Source: Phoronis australis
Lineage: Eukaryota; Animalia; Phoronida
Assembly (NCBI GenBank): GCA_002633005.1
Contig: NMRA01000625.1
Span: 124,001 to 188,000 of the forward strand
Reading direction: 5' to 3'
DNA: 64,000 nt
Shown piece by piece: positions 26,380 to 40,560 of this stretch (positions are counted from its first letter, which is position 1; each line of letters starts with the position of its first letter). A program made the position numbers and the translations under genes. The notes beneath the pieces are model-generated. The model made no database searches and had not been told where the DNA came from. It saw only the letters and a list, made by a program, of their open reading frames with translations.

Positions 26380-29300
26380 TTTTAGTAGCAAATGTATCAA
26401 GATTCACTTGCTGCATCTTGACAACAATGTACCAGCGGCCGTTCCATGGTTTGTTAGTTTACCGCGGTGTGGCGCATGCGGCAACATGGTGTCAGATTTT
26501 TAGGTTCCCCAAGGTTTCCTAATTGCGTTCTTTAAAGATAATTCAGAACACAAATATAGCTTTCAGTGACGAGATTTTGTAATTCAGCAATTTCTTTAAG
26601 AGGTAAGTCTTTATTTCAGTAAAGAATTTACAACAATGCGGAATACTTTCAACGAAATGTGGCGGAAAATGTGCCAAAACGTCCGGTATTTCGGTCGCTT
26701 TCAAGACTGCACACCTTTTGGGATGATCAGAACTGATTTGCCTTTCAAGTTTGCATTCACCTGAAGGTTAATATTTTACGGTCATTTAAAAAAACGAGTT
26801 CGGTTACGTGCTGTTGGCGCAGTGGTAGATTAGTTGCTACACTCTTTCACAGTGCTACGACTCAAAGGTAGCCGTGACTTTCAGTGTTGGTGGCGCCGTG
26901 TCAGAGGGGGTAATTAGTTGCTTGCGAACAAGGAGATTCATGAAACAGACATCTGGGATTAAATCACGTTGCATTACTTCACAAAAACAAAAGGAATTTA
27001 AATCTCCTTACCATATAGTAGAGATCGAATTGAAGGCCTTAGCGGTCAATACGGACCGGGAGAATTGGTGACCCTAAGTTTATGACGTCATAATCTGTTC
27101 AAATACCCACATTTCCACACATTCTTGTCGTCCGAAGAACACGCGTGAAATATATACCATTAAAAGTCCTGCAATATGGTCAGGAATTACGGTAGTTATT
27201 TCGTTGCGGCGATCGTGACGATGTTCTCCCACTAGTATTGCCCTGTGTTACTGGTCACAATGGAAATGGTGACATACTCAAATAGTACAGTAATACTCGC
27301 ACTCGCATTGCGTGCTTTGATGATAATGGAAAATTGATGAAAATCAGGATGAAAACTTGTTTATAATACGCGAAATGAATGCTTTTAATATGACCTCGCT
27401 TGGCAAACGAGCGACTACTTTTTAGTACACTCAATTCCTACGCCAATACGGAAAATAAATTTAAATTTTCAAGGAAAAGCCATAAATTGTTGTGAAAATC
27501 TTGAATTTTAAGAACATTTTATTTATGTAGTTGAATTTTACAAACAATATTTCAGACGACCGTAACGCCCGGCAGCTACATGTGTATGTAATGTTGTTTG
27601 CTATCGGCAAACGACAAAGTCAAATTCTTGAAGCAAATTTACGAAAAATTCGCACGTTTTGAAGTTTAATGCCAGTTTATGTTCAAGTCGGCTTCGATTC
27701 AGTTAGGGCCATACCTGTCTGGTTTTCGTTCATGTATGCAATAAGTTCTCCTGTACTAAAAAAGTTGCTACCCCGGCGGCGTGCAGCGGTGGATAAACTT
27801 CTCGCCGGAAACATTCTGTGTTGTCGCCGTTTAACTCAACAGCACTACATTAGATAAATGCGCGTATCATCGGGGTATGTATGATTAATATGTTATACTA
27901 CGTAAATATGGCGATGACTGGGTTATTAAATCTCGATTCACCCTCGTTTAACTCGACTTGCTTATCACGAATCTCGATATCCTAACTCACAGTTATCATC
28001 ACATATCAGATGTTCGTTCGTGTATGACAAATGTGATCAGAGTCTCTTTACACAACTGTTGCGAAACTTTGTGGATTAAATTTGTGCACATTAGTCATTG
28101 TATGGTTTTTCTTTTGCACGAGGGGGCGCCGCGAAGCCATGAGTTAGTAAGTTTAATGACAGACACCAAAACATTTTTCAGTATAAATATTTATTAAATG
28201 CATTGCAAAAACGATAATTACACACCAATGCCATTAATGAATTGTGTCACCAATGACGTATGTCAAAATATTTCACAGGCTCAAATTCTCTTTCCAGAGC
28301 AAACACATCCCTAGAATTCCGTCATTATTAAAATTATAATTCAAACAACATTGCACTGACCGGCCGTTCATTTCACAACATCTAACATTGGTCCCAGATC
28401 CTCGATAACAAATACACAGTTCTCTGGTTAATATTTCTAAGAACCTAAAGATATAGCCATGATTGATTGTCTTCGAGCGCGCTCCTTCTACCTGTGTCAC
28501 AAAGTACACCGGCTTTCTAAACGTTCCTGGATACTAATGACTTCAATTCACAGACGCACTGTGCACTTTGCACTTAGAGTTCATGGTATGGATATTGTAA
28601 TAGTACATTTTAAGAGCAGGAAAAGCGTAAACAGAAAAAAACATACAATTCATTTACCTGGTTTACTCCCAAAGTTAAGTTGAAAAAAGGAAGCAAGAAT
28701 GGTAAAAGCAAGATATTGAGAAATGAATGTGGCATGAATTTACCGAAATGTTTTCCAAATATATTTGGAAATTATCAGATCTAAATACAAGTAGGGCGAC
28801 GTTCTTATTAGTTCCACTGCGCTCAATCAGTGGCCTACCACAGACGATATTGCTGGTCGACTGTGAGACGAGAAATGATACCTGCGTGTGATAATATTGA
28901 TGTTCACCATAATCCAAAATATTATAACACGTGTTGTAATTTAGGCTCCATCTTTAACGATGTTTTTTCAGTGACTCATCCTGCATTCTGTAAAACTAAG
29001 TCAACCACTGAGACAACATGAATGTTGTGTATTTAGAGTAACAAGACGATGAGTAGAGTTCCAAAATTGATCCAAGCTCGTGTTCACAAAGTGGTTGAGT
29101 TGTCAAAACGACACTCCCTCCCTACACGTTTAGTTTGATTTAAAAGCAGAGCATAACCAATGTAACAATTTCAGCCACAGTTTAAGTCACGGAAAGGTTC
29201 CGTGCTGCTTGAGACGTAAATCAGTGGATGGACGAAAGATTAAATAAACTTGTTTTGAAATTCATGGCCTTAGGTGTCCAGTTGGCGATACCTAATTTTG

Positions 29301-30080
29301 CAATTGAGTTTACTGATAGGACCTATCTGTATATTGCGCATTTATTGAGGCAAAGACCAGAGGGTGGCGTCGTTTAAATGAAATGCTATTTAAATCACAT
29401 ACTCGAGTAAAAGAAACAAAGAACCGGATGTCACTCAAGTCACGCCTGTTTGCACTACTAGTAAACAATTTCACCTGAAACAAATATCACCAACGACGTC
29501 TGTAAAAAAACTAAATGTCAATTCACGACCATCAAATAACACTACAGCTGTTTATATTTCGTCTTCGACTTGGTGCGCAAAGACTGGGCAGGAATGCGCA
29601 GAATTAGAGATATTCCTCTCGAGGTCTTTGTCTCCGACTCTACGAATTCTAAACAGAGAGAGACGAATGTTGACAATTTGAAAAACATAACTTCACTGAC
29701 AGGTGTCGCGTGCAGATTGAAAGTCGCGCTGATAGAGGTAAAAACGAACTCGACACTGCCATGGTTGAACGAATGTTAACAAGACAGTTTTTTGTATGTT
29801 TTGTTTACCCATGCCACGCTTTTAGTGTCAAATAAATGTTTATTCACCACAGTCACACGTCCTCGCCGACACCAGTCCAAATGTAATCTAACAGGGGAAT
29901 CGGGCCAAATTGTTTGATTTAAAAGATCCATTTTCAGCACGTTTAGTTGGTTTAGACTTAAACTATGGCTTCTAATTAACCTTGTATCAATTTGAATTTC
30001 AGTAGTTTAAATTGATGAATGAATTTCAACTAGCACAATGCATCGCTAAGTTACACTACAATCAAAGAATCAAAATATTA

Positions 30081-30195
30081 AAATAAATAAATAAATATAT
30101 AAATAATTCATGAATGAGGAATCCAAAAATTCACGCGCTGGTTTCCAAAGTCTGGCAAACTTCTTATATAAAATAAATAAAATAAAATAAATTAT
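30081..30195 (-). promoter_or_regulatory. AU-rich elements in the scratch 3' UTR
   Basis: Overlapping TTATTTATT nonamers on the minus strand (plus strand AAATAAATAAATAAAT) 40-160 nt after the stop. Candidate AATAAA signals at 29839-29844 and 28190-28195. Confidence 0.5.
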
Positions 30196-30236
30196 TTATG
30201 TACAAATTCCTTCAGAAGAATAATGTCTTTGCTGTT

Positions 30237-31637
30237 TTAAGCACTTGTCGCACGCACAGCGGAAGCTCTTGGACGGCCGCGCATGCACGACGATTCCTCG
30301 TGTTTGTACAGATAGCTTTTTAATGCAAATGCCTTTCCACACCGGCCACAGACAAAAGGTTTTTCTGTCGAATGTGTCTGGACGTGGGCTCTCAAGTTGG
30401 ATTTGTCTGCAAAAGCTTTTCCACACGTTTCGCATTTGAATGGCTTTTCGCCAGTGTGGGTGCGAACATGACCTTGCAACAACCACGGACGGCTGAAGCG
30501 TTTTCCGCAAAATGAACATTCGCAGCCCTGGTTATGAGTCCGCACGTGCATACTGTACGCCGGCATGGAGACGTAGACCTTGTCGCAGTGAGGACACTTG
30601 CGCGCCTTTTTGTCGGTGACACTTCTGTGCGTCTGACGATGTCTCGCGAGGTTGCTCGAGGTACTGTAACATTTGTCGCACTCTGGACACCTGTGTATGC
30701 CGCCAATATGCATTTCTTCTAAAGCTTTGTCTACTAGCAAATTCAAGTTGTGGTCCATGCCATGTTCTTTGATGGAAGCGGATATTGTTAAAGAATAGTT
30801 CATGTTTTCACCACCAGGCGATGCAGGGGACCCATCGGAGGGGTTGCTATAGTTACTGTTAGGGGACCCGGGATAACTGAAGCCCGCAGGAGACGACGAG
30901 GGAGAAACATTCCTGAATGCGCTTGGACCATCATCACGAAAGCCGAACGAAAGATCCGGCGAACACGCTGGAGAAAAACTGTATCGGCTGGAGTTGTCAT
31001 TGACTGGACTTTTCTCTTNCGCAGCCCTGGTTATGAGTCCGCACGTGCATACTGTACGCCGGCATGGAGACGTAGACCTTGTCGCAGTGAGGACACTTGC
31101 GCGCTTTTTTGTCGGTGACACTTCTGTGCGTCTGACGATGTCTCGCGAGGTTGCTCGAGGTACTGTAACATTTGTCGCACTCTGGACACCTGTGTATGCC
31201 GCCGATATGCATTTCTTCTAAAGCTTTGTCTACTAGCAAATTCAAGTTGTGGTCCATGCCATGTTCTTTGATGGAAGCGGATATTGTTAAAGAATAGTTC
31301 ATGTTTTCACCACCAGGCGATGCAGGGGACCCATCGGAGGGGTTGCTATAGTTACTGTTAGGGGACCCGGGATAACTGAAGCCCGCAGGAGACGACGAGG
31401 GAGAAACATTCCTGAATGCGCTTGGACCATCATCACGAAAGCCGAACGAAAGATCCGGCGAACACGCTGGAGAAAAACTGTATCGGCTGGAGTTGTCATT
31501 GACTGGACTTTTCTCTTGATTATGCACGACATCGTCTACACGGTCAAATGAGTAATCTGCAGTCACGGACTGTGACGTTTGCTGATAGCTACCCAAGGTC
31601 GTCAATACTGTGTATTCGGAGACGCCCACCTGCCATC
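30237..31637 (-). CDS. scrt: Scratch-family (Snail superfamily) C2H2 transcription factor, exon 2 with five zinc fingers; contains an artefactual duplication
   Basis: Fingers [90 protein letters not shown] and [22 protein letters not shown]. Acceptor GCTAAT...TTTTCCAG|GA is phase 1. Removing 30521-31019 restores a single frame: 82+902=984 nt, 327 aa. Confidence 0.95.
30521..31517. other. Assembly artefact: unmerged haplotype overlap (498 bp x2 around N31019)
   Basis: 30521-31018 equals 31020-31517 except two synonymous SNPs; a single N lies exactly at the junction. Confidence 0.9.
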
Positions 31638-34600
31638 CTGGAAAAGGAGAAAAAATTAGCAACTGTGAACATCTGTTAATTACCTAATAGAAAGAGGGAA
31701 ACGCGAAACGCCGTTGGCCACAACAGTGTTCCTTGCACAAGTCTATCTTCGGCATACCGAGGACTAGGCCCCTTGCTTGATGCGATAACACGAAATCAAA
31801 CTGATGTAAACGGCCATTAGGATGTACCAGATCTTCTAATATAACATTCTACATTAGAGCAGTACAAGTCACGATAAACAGTTTACACGGCACGCGGGCA
31901 CCTGTTTATCTACACGTTTATAATTAACAATCGCTGCCTCGCTTCTGGAAAGTTTACGTTGTTGCAACCAAAACATCGGAGCGTGTACGAGTTTGTTTGC
32001 ACGATATTTCATAGAAACGTATTCTGAGGCTGTTAGGACATTCGGGTTCGGAACGAAATAATCACGAAGTAAAAACTTAAATACAACAATAAAACGTTAT
32101 CAAGTGCTCGGACATTACGTAAAACAGTACGACTCTGGAACATCAGGGACTACTTAATAAAAGTTCACGCATTGTTGCGTTTTTCTTATAAAATATGTAA
32201 TCATGAAAAAACTATAGTTGAGGTCATAGTAAAATACAAACGCATGATTTTATCAAGGTGATGCTACGGGCACAGTTTTAGTGAGCATTAAATTTAATGA
32301 ACAGGTTTAAAAATTATATCCGTCGATTAATGTTTAAACATGCGTGCAAAACGCGTAGTCGGTGTTTCAAACAATTTTAAGGAATGAGTTGTAGAATTCC
32401 AGTAGTTGTGATTCGATACATCTTCAGTGGAAATCATAGAAAACTATCCACATTCACGACTGAGTTTGACCTTTACGCCAACCACTTACTAACAAAATAA
32501 TCCTACTAATCACCCACCACTGCCGCGCCTAATTAACGAGATCGTCTATGTCTGTCATTTTCCGAAAGCAAATTTGGTAATCATTGACCTGAACTTATTC
32601 TTTGTAGGTTGAAGTTAAGCAAAATTAGGCTATCTGCTATATGAATAAACTGACGTAACACGTTTTAGGGCTGTAGATTTAACTTGTAAATTTTATGCAC
32701 GCAAGTAATAGTAACCACTGCCTTTTAAAACTTTTACCTTTTTGAAGGATATGTGTCAGGCTAAATCAAAACATAATTTCCATCTGCATTACCTTAACAA
32801 TTAAGCAGGCTCCAATGATGACCAATTAAATGATTGATTTTTTTCAAAATGTCAACGTTTAGCGAAGACAAGTCTCTTTATCTCCAATATTTTGCATCGT
32901 AACCAGGCTAGGAGACACCTTCGGCTGACGTTGTGCGTTATCTTTTTCCAGCATGAATGGGACGATGATCTGCGCCACTTATTTTCCCGTGTAAGCAAAA
33001 AGGGCAGCGACAAACAGACGGAAGCCATTGATTCGAGGCCAACCCTCTGTTAGGTGTGTACAGTGAATCTCGGATGACAGCTGACGCGTGCTTCGGCACC
33101 TTATATGACCAAGGAAAGCCTGACGCGACGCAGACGAGAGTGTTTATCTGTGGGTGTAATGTGCTGTAGTTTATTCACGTCGATTATTTTATAACGCGTA
33201 ACTTACTTTGTTTACCAGCCTGACTTTGAAAAGACGGCGCTTACATCACATGACGCACTTAACGAAAAAGCTTTTAAGGCGGAAAAGGCGAATGTGGAAA
33301 CGAAATGAAGATTTTGTCTCATAGCCAACTTTCTCGACCTCTTGCATAATTGCGCCACATACAACATGCGCATTTTTAATAGCAATATGAATGTATTCAC
33401 CTTCATCATCAACAAAAGAACAGATGGTTGTCCAGAAGCTTAACTGGAGCGCTCCTCTCAACTTAGGTCCAAAGATGGAAATCATGAAATAAACAGATTT
33501 AGTCTAACAACACTAGTCAGAAACATTTGCTCTAAAATCGACAGCGATCGGTTTCTACAACTAAAAGGAACTGAAATACTACCAGTGATAAATATGAACC
33601 GGCTCAATTTTAGAAGTGTTTGACAGCGTTATTAAAACCGATTGACTTTTTACATCCTGACCCGTTTTTAATTGCTGAATGATCTACTTAGGATGGGAAA
33701 TCGTTTCTCTCGTCATGCACAAAGATTTGAGACATAATTAGTGTGCATGGAGAACCTGAATTAAAAGTTGTATTTCAGGCAATGTAAAAGAGGAAATATC
33801 TTTTTCAATTTTTTTCAACTTTTCATACAAACATGCACTCGCCACAGGGTCCATAAATGCGTGAACCTGCGAAACACATCAAACACATCATCTTCATATC
33901 ATCGCCGACAAATATGCTTAATCAATTAATGTATACGCGGTTGCTATAGTATTTATACCCTTGGAGTGTGGTAATGGAGTTTTTTTTTAAAACAGAAGAG
34001 AAGCCTCGTATCTGTGATATCAATCCGTACGTAGGCCACAAAGAAACGCCTGAGTCACGTGATTGGTCATCATCGTTTGTCGCTGTCAGTTCTCGTCAAT
34101 GTGAGATAAAATTCGAAATGACATGGAGGTATTACCTCACCTTCGGTGTATATTTTTACAAAAGATTTGTCCTGTGCCTGATCTCTGCTCAGATTCATCG
34201 CCATCATCGTTTTCTTACATAATGCCACTCACCATCCACCCTAGGCTTTTTACCTAAGATAACAAAGTTAAGTGGCGAACCGCGCCAGCGAAGTAAATTG
34301 TGAAAACCAATCTTCGTTCACCATGTGATGTAAGACAGTAAGCTACCTTGACACGGTGTATCTAATGAACGAATCGCTTTCGTACAGCGCAGTTGAAAAT
34401 AACAGCGAAGCGAAGTAATTCAGTAGGAAATTGATAACGATTGGCAGAAGGATTCAGAACGCTATCTGGTCACTGATCGATGTTGCAACATATTTCCAGG
34501 AAAGTTGTATGTATTGTAAATAGTTTTGGTTTGATACATTTAATCACGTGATTTTGATTTTTTAATGTTCTGAAAATACTAAAACAAATTCTGGTCAATG

Positions 34601-37308
34601 AGGATAGATCGCTGATCGTGTTTCCACGTCGGTTCCTCATTAAAAGGGGTTAAATTTCATTATACATCGTCATTAGACATGATTCAAAATTTGAGAAGGA
34701 GAAACGAAAAATGTTATTACGTTATTCATGTTTTTACAAGAGCATTTTGGTACATTTGTTCTCGATTATTTAAAAAAACTGCCACTGATCTCAAAAATGT
34801 CCTTTCAAGTCATTTTTCATAAAATGTGAATGAAGAACGAAGGGTTTTGATGATAAATATACAAAAATTAAAAAATTAAGAGTTAATTCCCTTCTTAAGT
34901 GCGAAAAAATGGAGTTAAACTGCATAACTTGCAAACTATCAGATGCCCAAGACTTTAACTTTACCAACGAATACGAAGGGTTGTCCAAACAAGTTTTGGA
35001 AATGGAACGGCACCCAAAAAGTTACTTCATTTCATTGTAAGTGACCTAAAGAATAGATGATATTCCGTGATGACCTGTAGACAGGCTCCAAAGGTAGGGT
35101 CGTCTTCCACAATAGTGACAAAATCCACACTGAGTTTAAAGTTTATTTCAGTGCGACGTTTTCTGCCAAAAAGATGCTCCGTACTTAAATGAAATCCTTC
35201 CCACTGTCTAAGTGGCGGACGGTTGTGATTATTTACTAATTGGTGCCACATTTCTAACCACAAGACGTAAATTTACCACCCAAAATGTGTCCCACATGAC
35301 ATAACTTCGATGTCAACATCTGTCAAAAATCAAAATATACATAATTACACGTATTATTCCGCACACAAATAACATCAATTTCGCTCATTTATTTTGATTC
35401 CGGATCAGCGTCAACTTGTTGCTTCGTTGCTTCCCACATCAAACAGGATCAACCACTGACTTAACACCATTTGAAGACATAAAAACTTGATATGAATGAA
35501 CTTCATACGGAAGACAAAATTTTCAAAGCAAACCAGTGTTCGAAGGAACAAGCATAACTGTCGATTGGCGCATGGTTGCCGATAAGACAAGACAAGACGC
35601 CATAACTTGGAAGCACAGAAATAATGAATTGAAAGAGTAGGACACTGCTTAAAATAAGTGATTGTAAGAAAGGGCTGCAGATCAAACCCCTACACTTCCA
35701 AAATTCCTGTTGGTTAAGCTGGTAGCTTAGAAATTTTTGTATACGGTACGGAGTTGCTTTGAAGTTCAATCACGCCTAAAATTTAATTAAACCTACTCTA
35801 AATATCGTGTGCAAGCTGGTCTTACTCTCGTTTCAGGTCACTTTTAGCAAAAACAGTTTTGATATTTTCCTTGTTATTTTTATCACAATGTTAACCGCTA
35901 CCTTTTGTTAAATCTCTTCAGATGATGGGGTCCTGAAATATGAAAGTCTCCAAAAAGCACGCTAATACCAACTGATGCAGATCTGTATAATGGACATCTA
36001 CGTAACTGTTGAAATGACAAGACTAACTAAATAAGGTAACACTGCATGTTTCAATGTATTAATCACTAGTATCACAACACAACTCGCCATATTCCACCTT
36101 TTATATCAGTATGTTGCACTAGTTTCGTATTGCTCATAAGGAGGGATTTTATCGTCGAACGCAGTGCTGTAGTGATAAAATTAGAGGTAAGTGAGAGCCC
36201 CATTGCCCATCGTATCATCTTTAGCACTAAATTTTAAAAGTGCACTGAATTTGCACTAACGTAACTTACGGTGCGTAGGCGCTACGTTTAAATGCCAAAA
36301 GGTGGTTGGCTGCGCCTTCGTGCGCCTACGCCCCACTACAGCATTGGTCAAACGGGAAATGCGTTGGAAGTTTCAGTGTTTTAATAAAGTGTCATATGAT
36401 TTTTGAACGAAATCAATTTTGGCAATGAACTCCCTAAAGACAAACGATGCTGTTAGTGAGATTTCCTTTACAGTACACGTTAGCGTACTACGACTCCTTT
36501 TATCTACTTTTCACTAATAAATCAGTGTTATGTCGTCGAATTGCTCGTCTGAGATGACAGATGATCTCAAGACGAGATGGTATCTCTCACAGAGCCGATC
36601 TCGTGACACCGAACGCATTAGCTCGCCAAAGGAAACACTCTCCATTGTAAACAGTAACTAATTACCTAGTTGGCTACTAAATACCCCTCTCAACACCTCT
36701 TCTGATCTGGCCAAAGATACATGAAGAATATAGCACCACAAGCGGCTTGCGTGCGTCTTCGTTTCATTTTGTCAACGGCTGAAGAGCCTAACTAAAATGA
36801 AGCGTCGTGTAATTGTCAGAACTTGATGCAGAACGTTATCAAGCGAATGTGATTAGGTTTTAAATGAACTGACAGGATGTTGAAGGTCATAACAAACTTG
36901 AAAAGGATAACAGTTAATGATTTCATGAAACATATTTAATCCTAGTTGTCTGTGTGTTTGCAATGCAATAATTCCTGTGAAGATAAAAAGGTACCAATAA
37001 ATCACGTCTTTCCTGTCTTTTGCTATCCGTGTAAACGGAAGTTAAAAAGTTCCCTTGTTTATTTCGCCGTGTTTCAGTCATTCTGTATTGATCGACAGGA
37101 AGCGAATTGCAATAAGTTTTTGTAAAGCGTCTTCTAGAAACAAGTCTTCAACAATTAACTTACAGCAGCCTTAGTTTTGGTCATACCAGTTGGTAATAAT
37201 AATAATAATTTTTGTCAATTTAAGAACTACCTTAGCCTATATCGCTGATCTTTTGCACCATCATATTGGTAAGTACCTTCATATTAGTAAGTACGTACGT
37301 GCACAGGC

Positions 37309-37365
37309 GTGCGTTTCGTGCACACGAGAGCCTCGCGAAAACGCAAGATCGCACAAAACCTCGCG
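37309..37365 (+). repeat. Dispersed repeat fragment, inverted homologue at 42295-42350
   Basis: TGCGTTTCGT..AC.C...CTCGC.AAAACGCAAGATC...CAAA.CTCGC matches the reverse complement of 42295-42350. Confidence 0.65.
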
Positions 37366-40300
37366 AGTGGTCACATGAATTTCCTTCGCGAGATTCTTGC
37401 GTCTAGAAAACCCTTAAGAAAAGAACAGTGTGTATTGTGGTTATTTTACGTAACTGGTACCTAGGCATTGTGCTGTGGTACTTCGGCATTAGATATACTT
37501 GGTAGTTTTTTATATTGTTATTGTTATTAATAGCTATACGGAACACCCCTCCATCGCTGCTCTCGTTTCAAGCGAGTAACAGTCTTATTTGCCTTTGCTA
37601 CTCAACAGTCGAGTCTCTTCCTACTTGTGCGAGTTCTAAAAAATCACCTGTTGTATTCAACGGAAATGAGTGAGCATCTTGTGGTTTTAACATACCTGTA
37701 GCGCCTATCAATCAAAAACAAGGGTGTCAAACTTATAGTCCTCTGTATTATTTTTGAGACCAGCATTCGAGGCCTTTAGTGTATAATGCGGCGTTTGCCA
37801 AATAAATGAAGACTGTTGCCCACATACATTAGTAATTCGATTCTGAGCATTAATGCTATCTGTTGTTTTTTCTTATACTCATAAAATATTATTTTTCAAA
37901 TCGACGACGAGTCTTCTATAATTCGAAGTTTGGACTTAAGTCAATGTGGATATACCACCATGGCGATCTTTAAACATTATTGTTGTTTTCTAAAGTCTTC
38001 TTGGAAGCAAACCAATGAGTAATTAAGGTGTCTAACACTGTATTGCTCAACATTGTTTGAAAAGTATGGACTGAGTAATTTGAATCTCACTAAAATCCGT
38101 AATTTGGGTAAGCAACGCCAAAATTTTTAAATGTTAATCCCACGGTATCCAAATACAAAAATATGTAAACATCTGGTCATTATATATCATTCTTCAAACA
38201 TTTAATTCGCCGTTAGCCAAACCGCAATAAACGTTTGCCCTACAGGACTCGTCTCATATCGTCATGATTTGACTTAACTTTTTAGCGTTCTCCTTAACTG
38301 AAAACAAAAGACGAGAGAACGTCGCCGCCATACTGAAACCTGTATAGGCTACCAAGTATTAACGGTTCCAGGGTAAACAGTGAAGTTTGGTTTAGCTTGC
38401 TTCTAATCCCCTGTGAGACACTCTGTGTAATGTTACGTAACAATTAAGTATGGAAGACATTAGGAGAATGCCAACAGATGCCGATGATGATTGACAGAGA
38501 CCATAGCGCAGACGTAACCGCACCACGCGCCGATTTGATTCATACCCCTACACGTTAGTTAGTCATGGGTTCAGTAAGTCACTGAAATTCTGATTCGCAA
38601 TGTGCCCGCAATGCGCACTATTCAACGAAATAGTGATCTGGTTTTTCTGTTATGAGGTGCAACATGTTTTTTCCTGCTTTCGTGTGGCATTTCCAAAGTC
38701 AGGTATACATCATCTGCTTAATCGGCAAAACCAAAATTTCCACACGTTTGGACACTCCTGAAAATCGCTGCCTTTATCGAGCAACGTTTTATAACACGGA
38801 AACAACAAAAAATAGTAAGCAAAATGCATTTCATTTTGGTGTTATCCGCTCATGCATGCCAGATATAAATTAGCTTAAAACATTTTTAATGCATTCTCCA
38901 AATCAACGTTCGTGTACAGTCAGGACTCACATTACCAAAATACTCTTTGAGAATGCGCAACTATTGTACATAATCAAATGCTAAAAACTAATTGAAAATT
39001 AATTAACAAATTTTAACTCTGAGAAACTTGTGAAAAGCGACATAGGTATTGGAAACATTGGGTCAAAGGACTAATTGTATAAACATGAGTCTGCGCAGGC
39101 AAAAAGAAAGTGTGAAAATTAAGGAAGACACTAATTAGAAAATTACGGTATGTTTGTTATCTCCGCTTCGTGAGTCCGTTTCTATTCTTATCTGCACTTT
39201 ATGTTTTAGTAAGTACGTAGCCAAGTTAATGAGTTATCGCGGAGGAGCCTGTCTACCACAAGATCGGACAAGTTCTAAAAGGAAACTTGTTGCTTCGTGT
39301 GAAACAGTACCAAGTCACGAAATTCGAAATTAAGTAAAGAAAAATATGATGAGAAAAGTTTGCCAGGAGTTTTTATTAGGAGTGAAATATTTGCAAAAGT
39401 TATTAAACAATTCGAATATAATTACATTTGTTTAAATCCAGTGTTCCATTTTTAACGCGAAATTTACTGTCTTGCGCTCAAAACGTCCCTATCTCAGTAT
39501 ATTATTCCGTGGAATATCGTATAAATGAAAAGCCGAAGCATTCCGAAGAGATTGTTCTATATAGTAAGTCCCACCCTAATAGTCTTTGTCATAGTATCGG
39601 GAGAGCAACCTCTGTGGCCCAATAGCAGCTTGTGAGGCGGCAAGCGCCGTAGGATTCCTTACAATTGATAAACCTAACCTGGTGAGCGCGATGGGACATA
39701 ATTAAATCTGCAAGTAGTTTCAACCAATTTCAGCGATCATTTGTTAAACAAATATCGCGGAAAAGATGGTTTAGCAGGCACGTAGCTAATTGCAAAAGGG
39801 TGTCCGAACTGCTTTATCCTAATTCAACACAAACCGCATTAAGTGCCCGGCATAATTCGGCTCTTACTCCTACCGATGGCGTGGAATCAATTCCAATATA
39901 TTTTCATAACAAACATATTTAAAAGGTTACTATACTAGATATCTTCTGTGAAAACACACCGGCCACAAAACATGACGAAAGATTGTCTTGCACTTGGTTA
40001 AGATGGTTGAAGCAACGTACAAGTGCCAGATAGGAATCTAGAGACATTATAAAGACCCATAATTTACTTACAAAACAAGATTTTATCGATCAGACAAAAA
40101 CATCGCCTTATCATTGGTTTGTTTCTTTGTTTCTTTGAATAGAAGTGTGTGTTTTTTGACTCGAGTACATCTTCCGTTTCTAATAAAAGTAAGATAATAG
40201 CGTCCCCTCGTGGACATGTAAAAAAATTATGAAAACTAATGCAATCACAATCTTAAACACTTTTGGGAAACAAGAAAATAATTTTGGATACCTTATTACG

Positions 40301-40560
40301 TACAAACAGGATTTTCTCTTTTTTGTTTTTTATCTCAAACGAATAATCCGTTCTTGTATTATACGACCTTTTTATAAGAAAATTCGACTTTCATCGTAAT
40401 ACACTCTACTTTTTTAGTTTGAGATAAAAAACATAAAGCTGTATCACCACGTAATCCCGAAGAGCACAAATACCTTCTCAATTAAATAGTGTGCCTCACT
40501 AAAAGATGTGTGCAAAATTATAATAACAAATTACGAATTGCTGAATATGTAGGTACGTAC

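Noticed and set aside
26815-26870. tRNA gene (A-box TGGCGCAGTGG)
   Set aside because: No B-box or cloverleaf; at most a decayed SINE head.
30521-31517. Real intragenic duplication of zinc fingers 1-2 or a programmed frameshift
   Set aside because: An N lies exactly at the junction, differences are allele-level, and the same pattern occurs at 45251.
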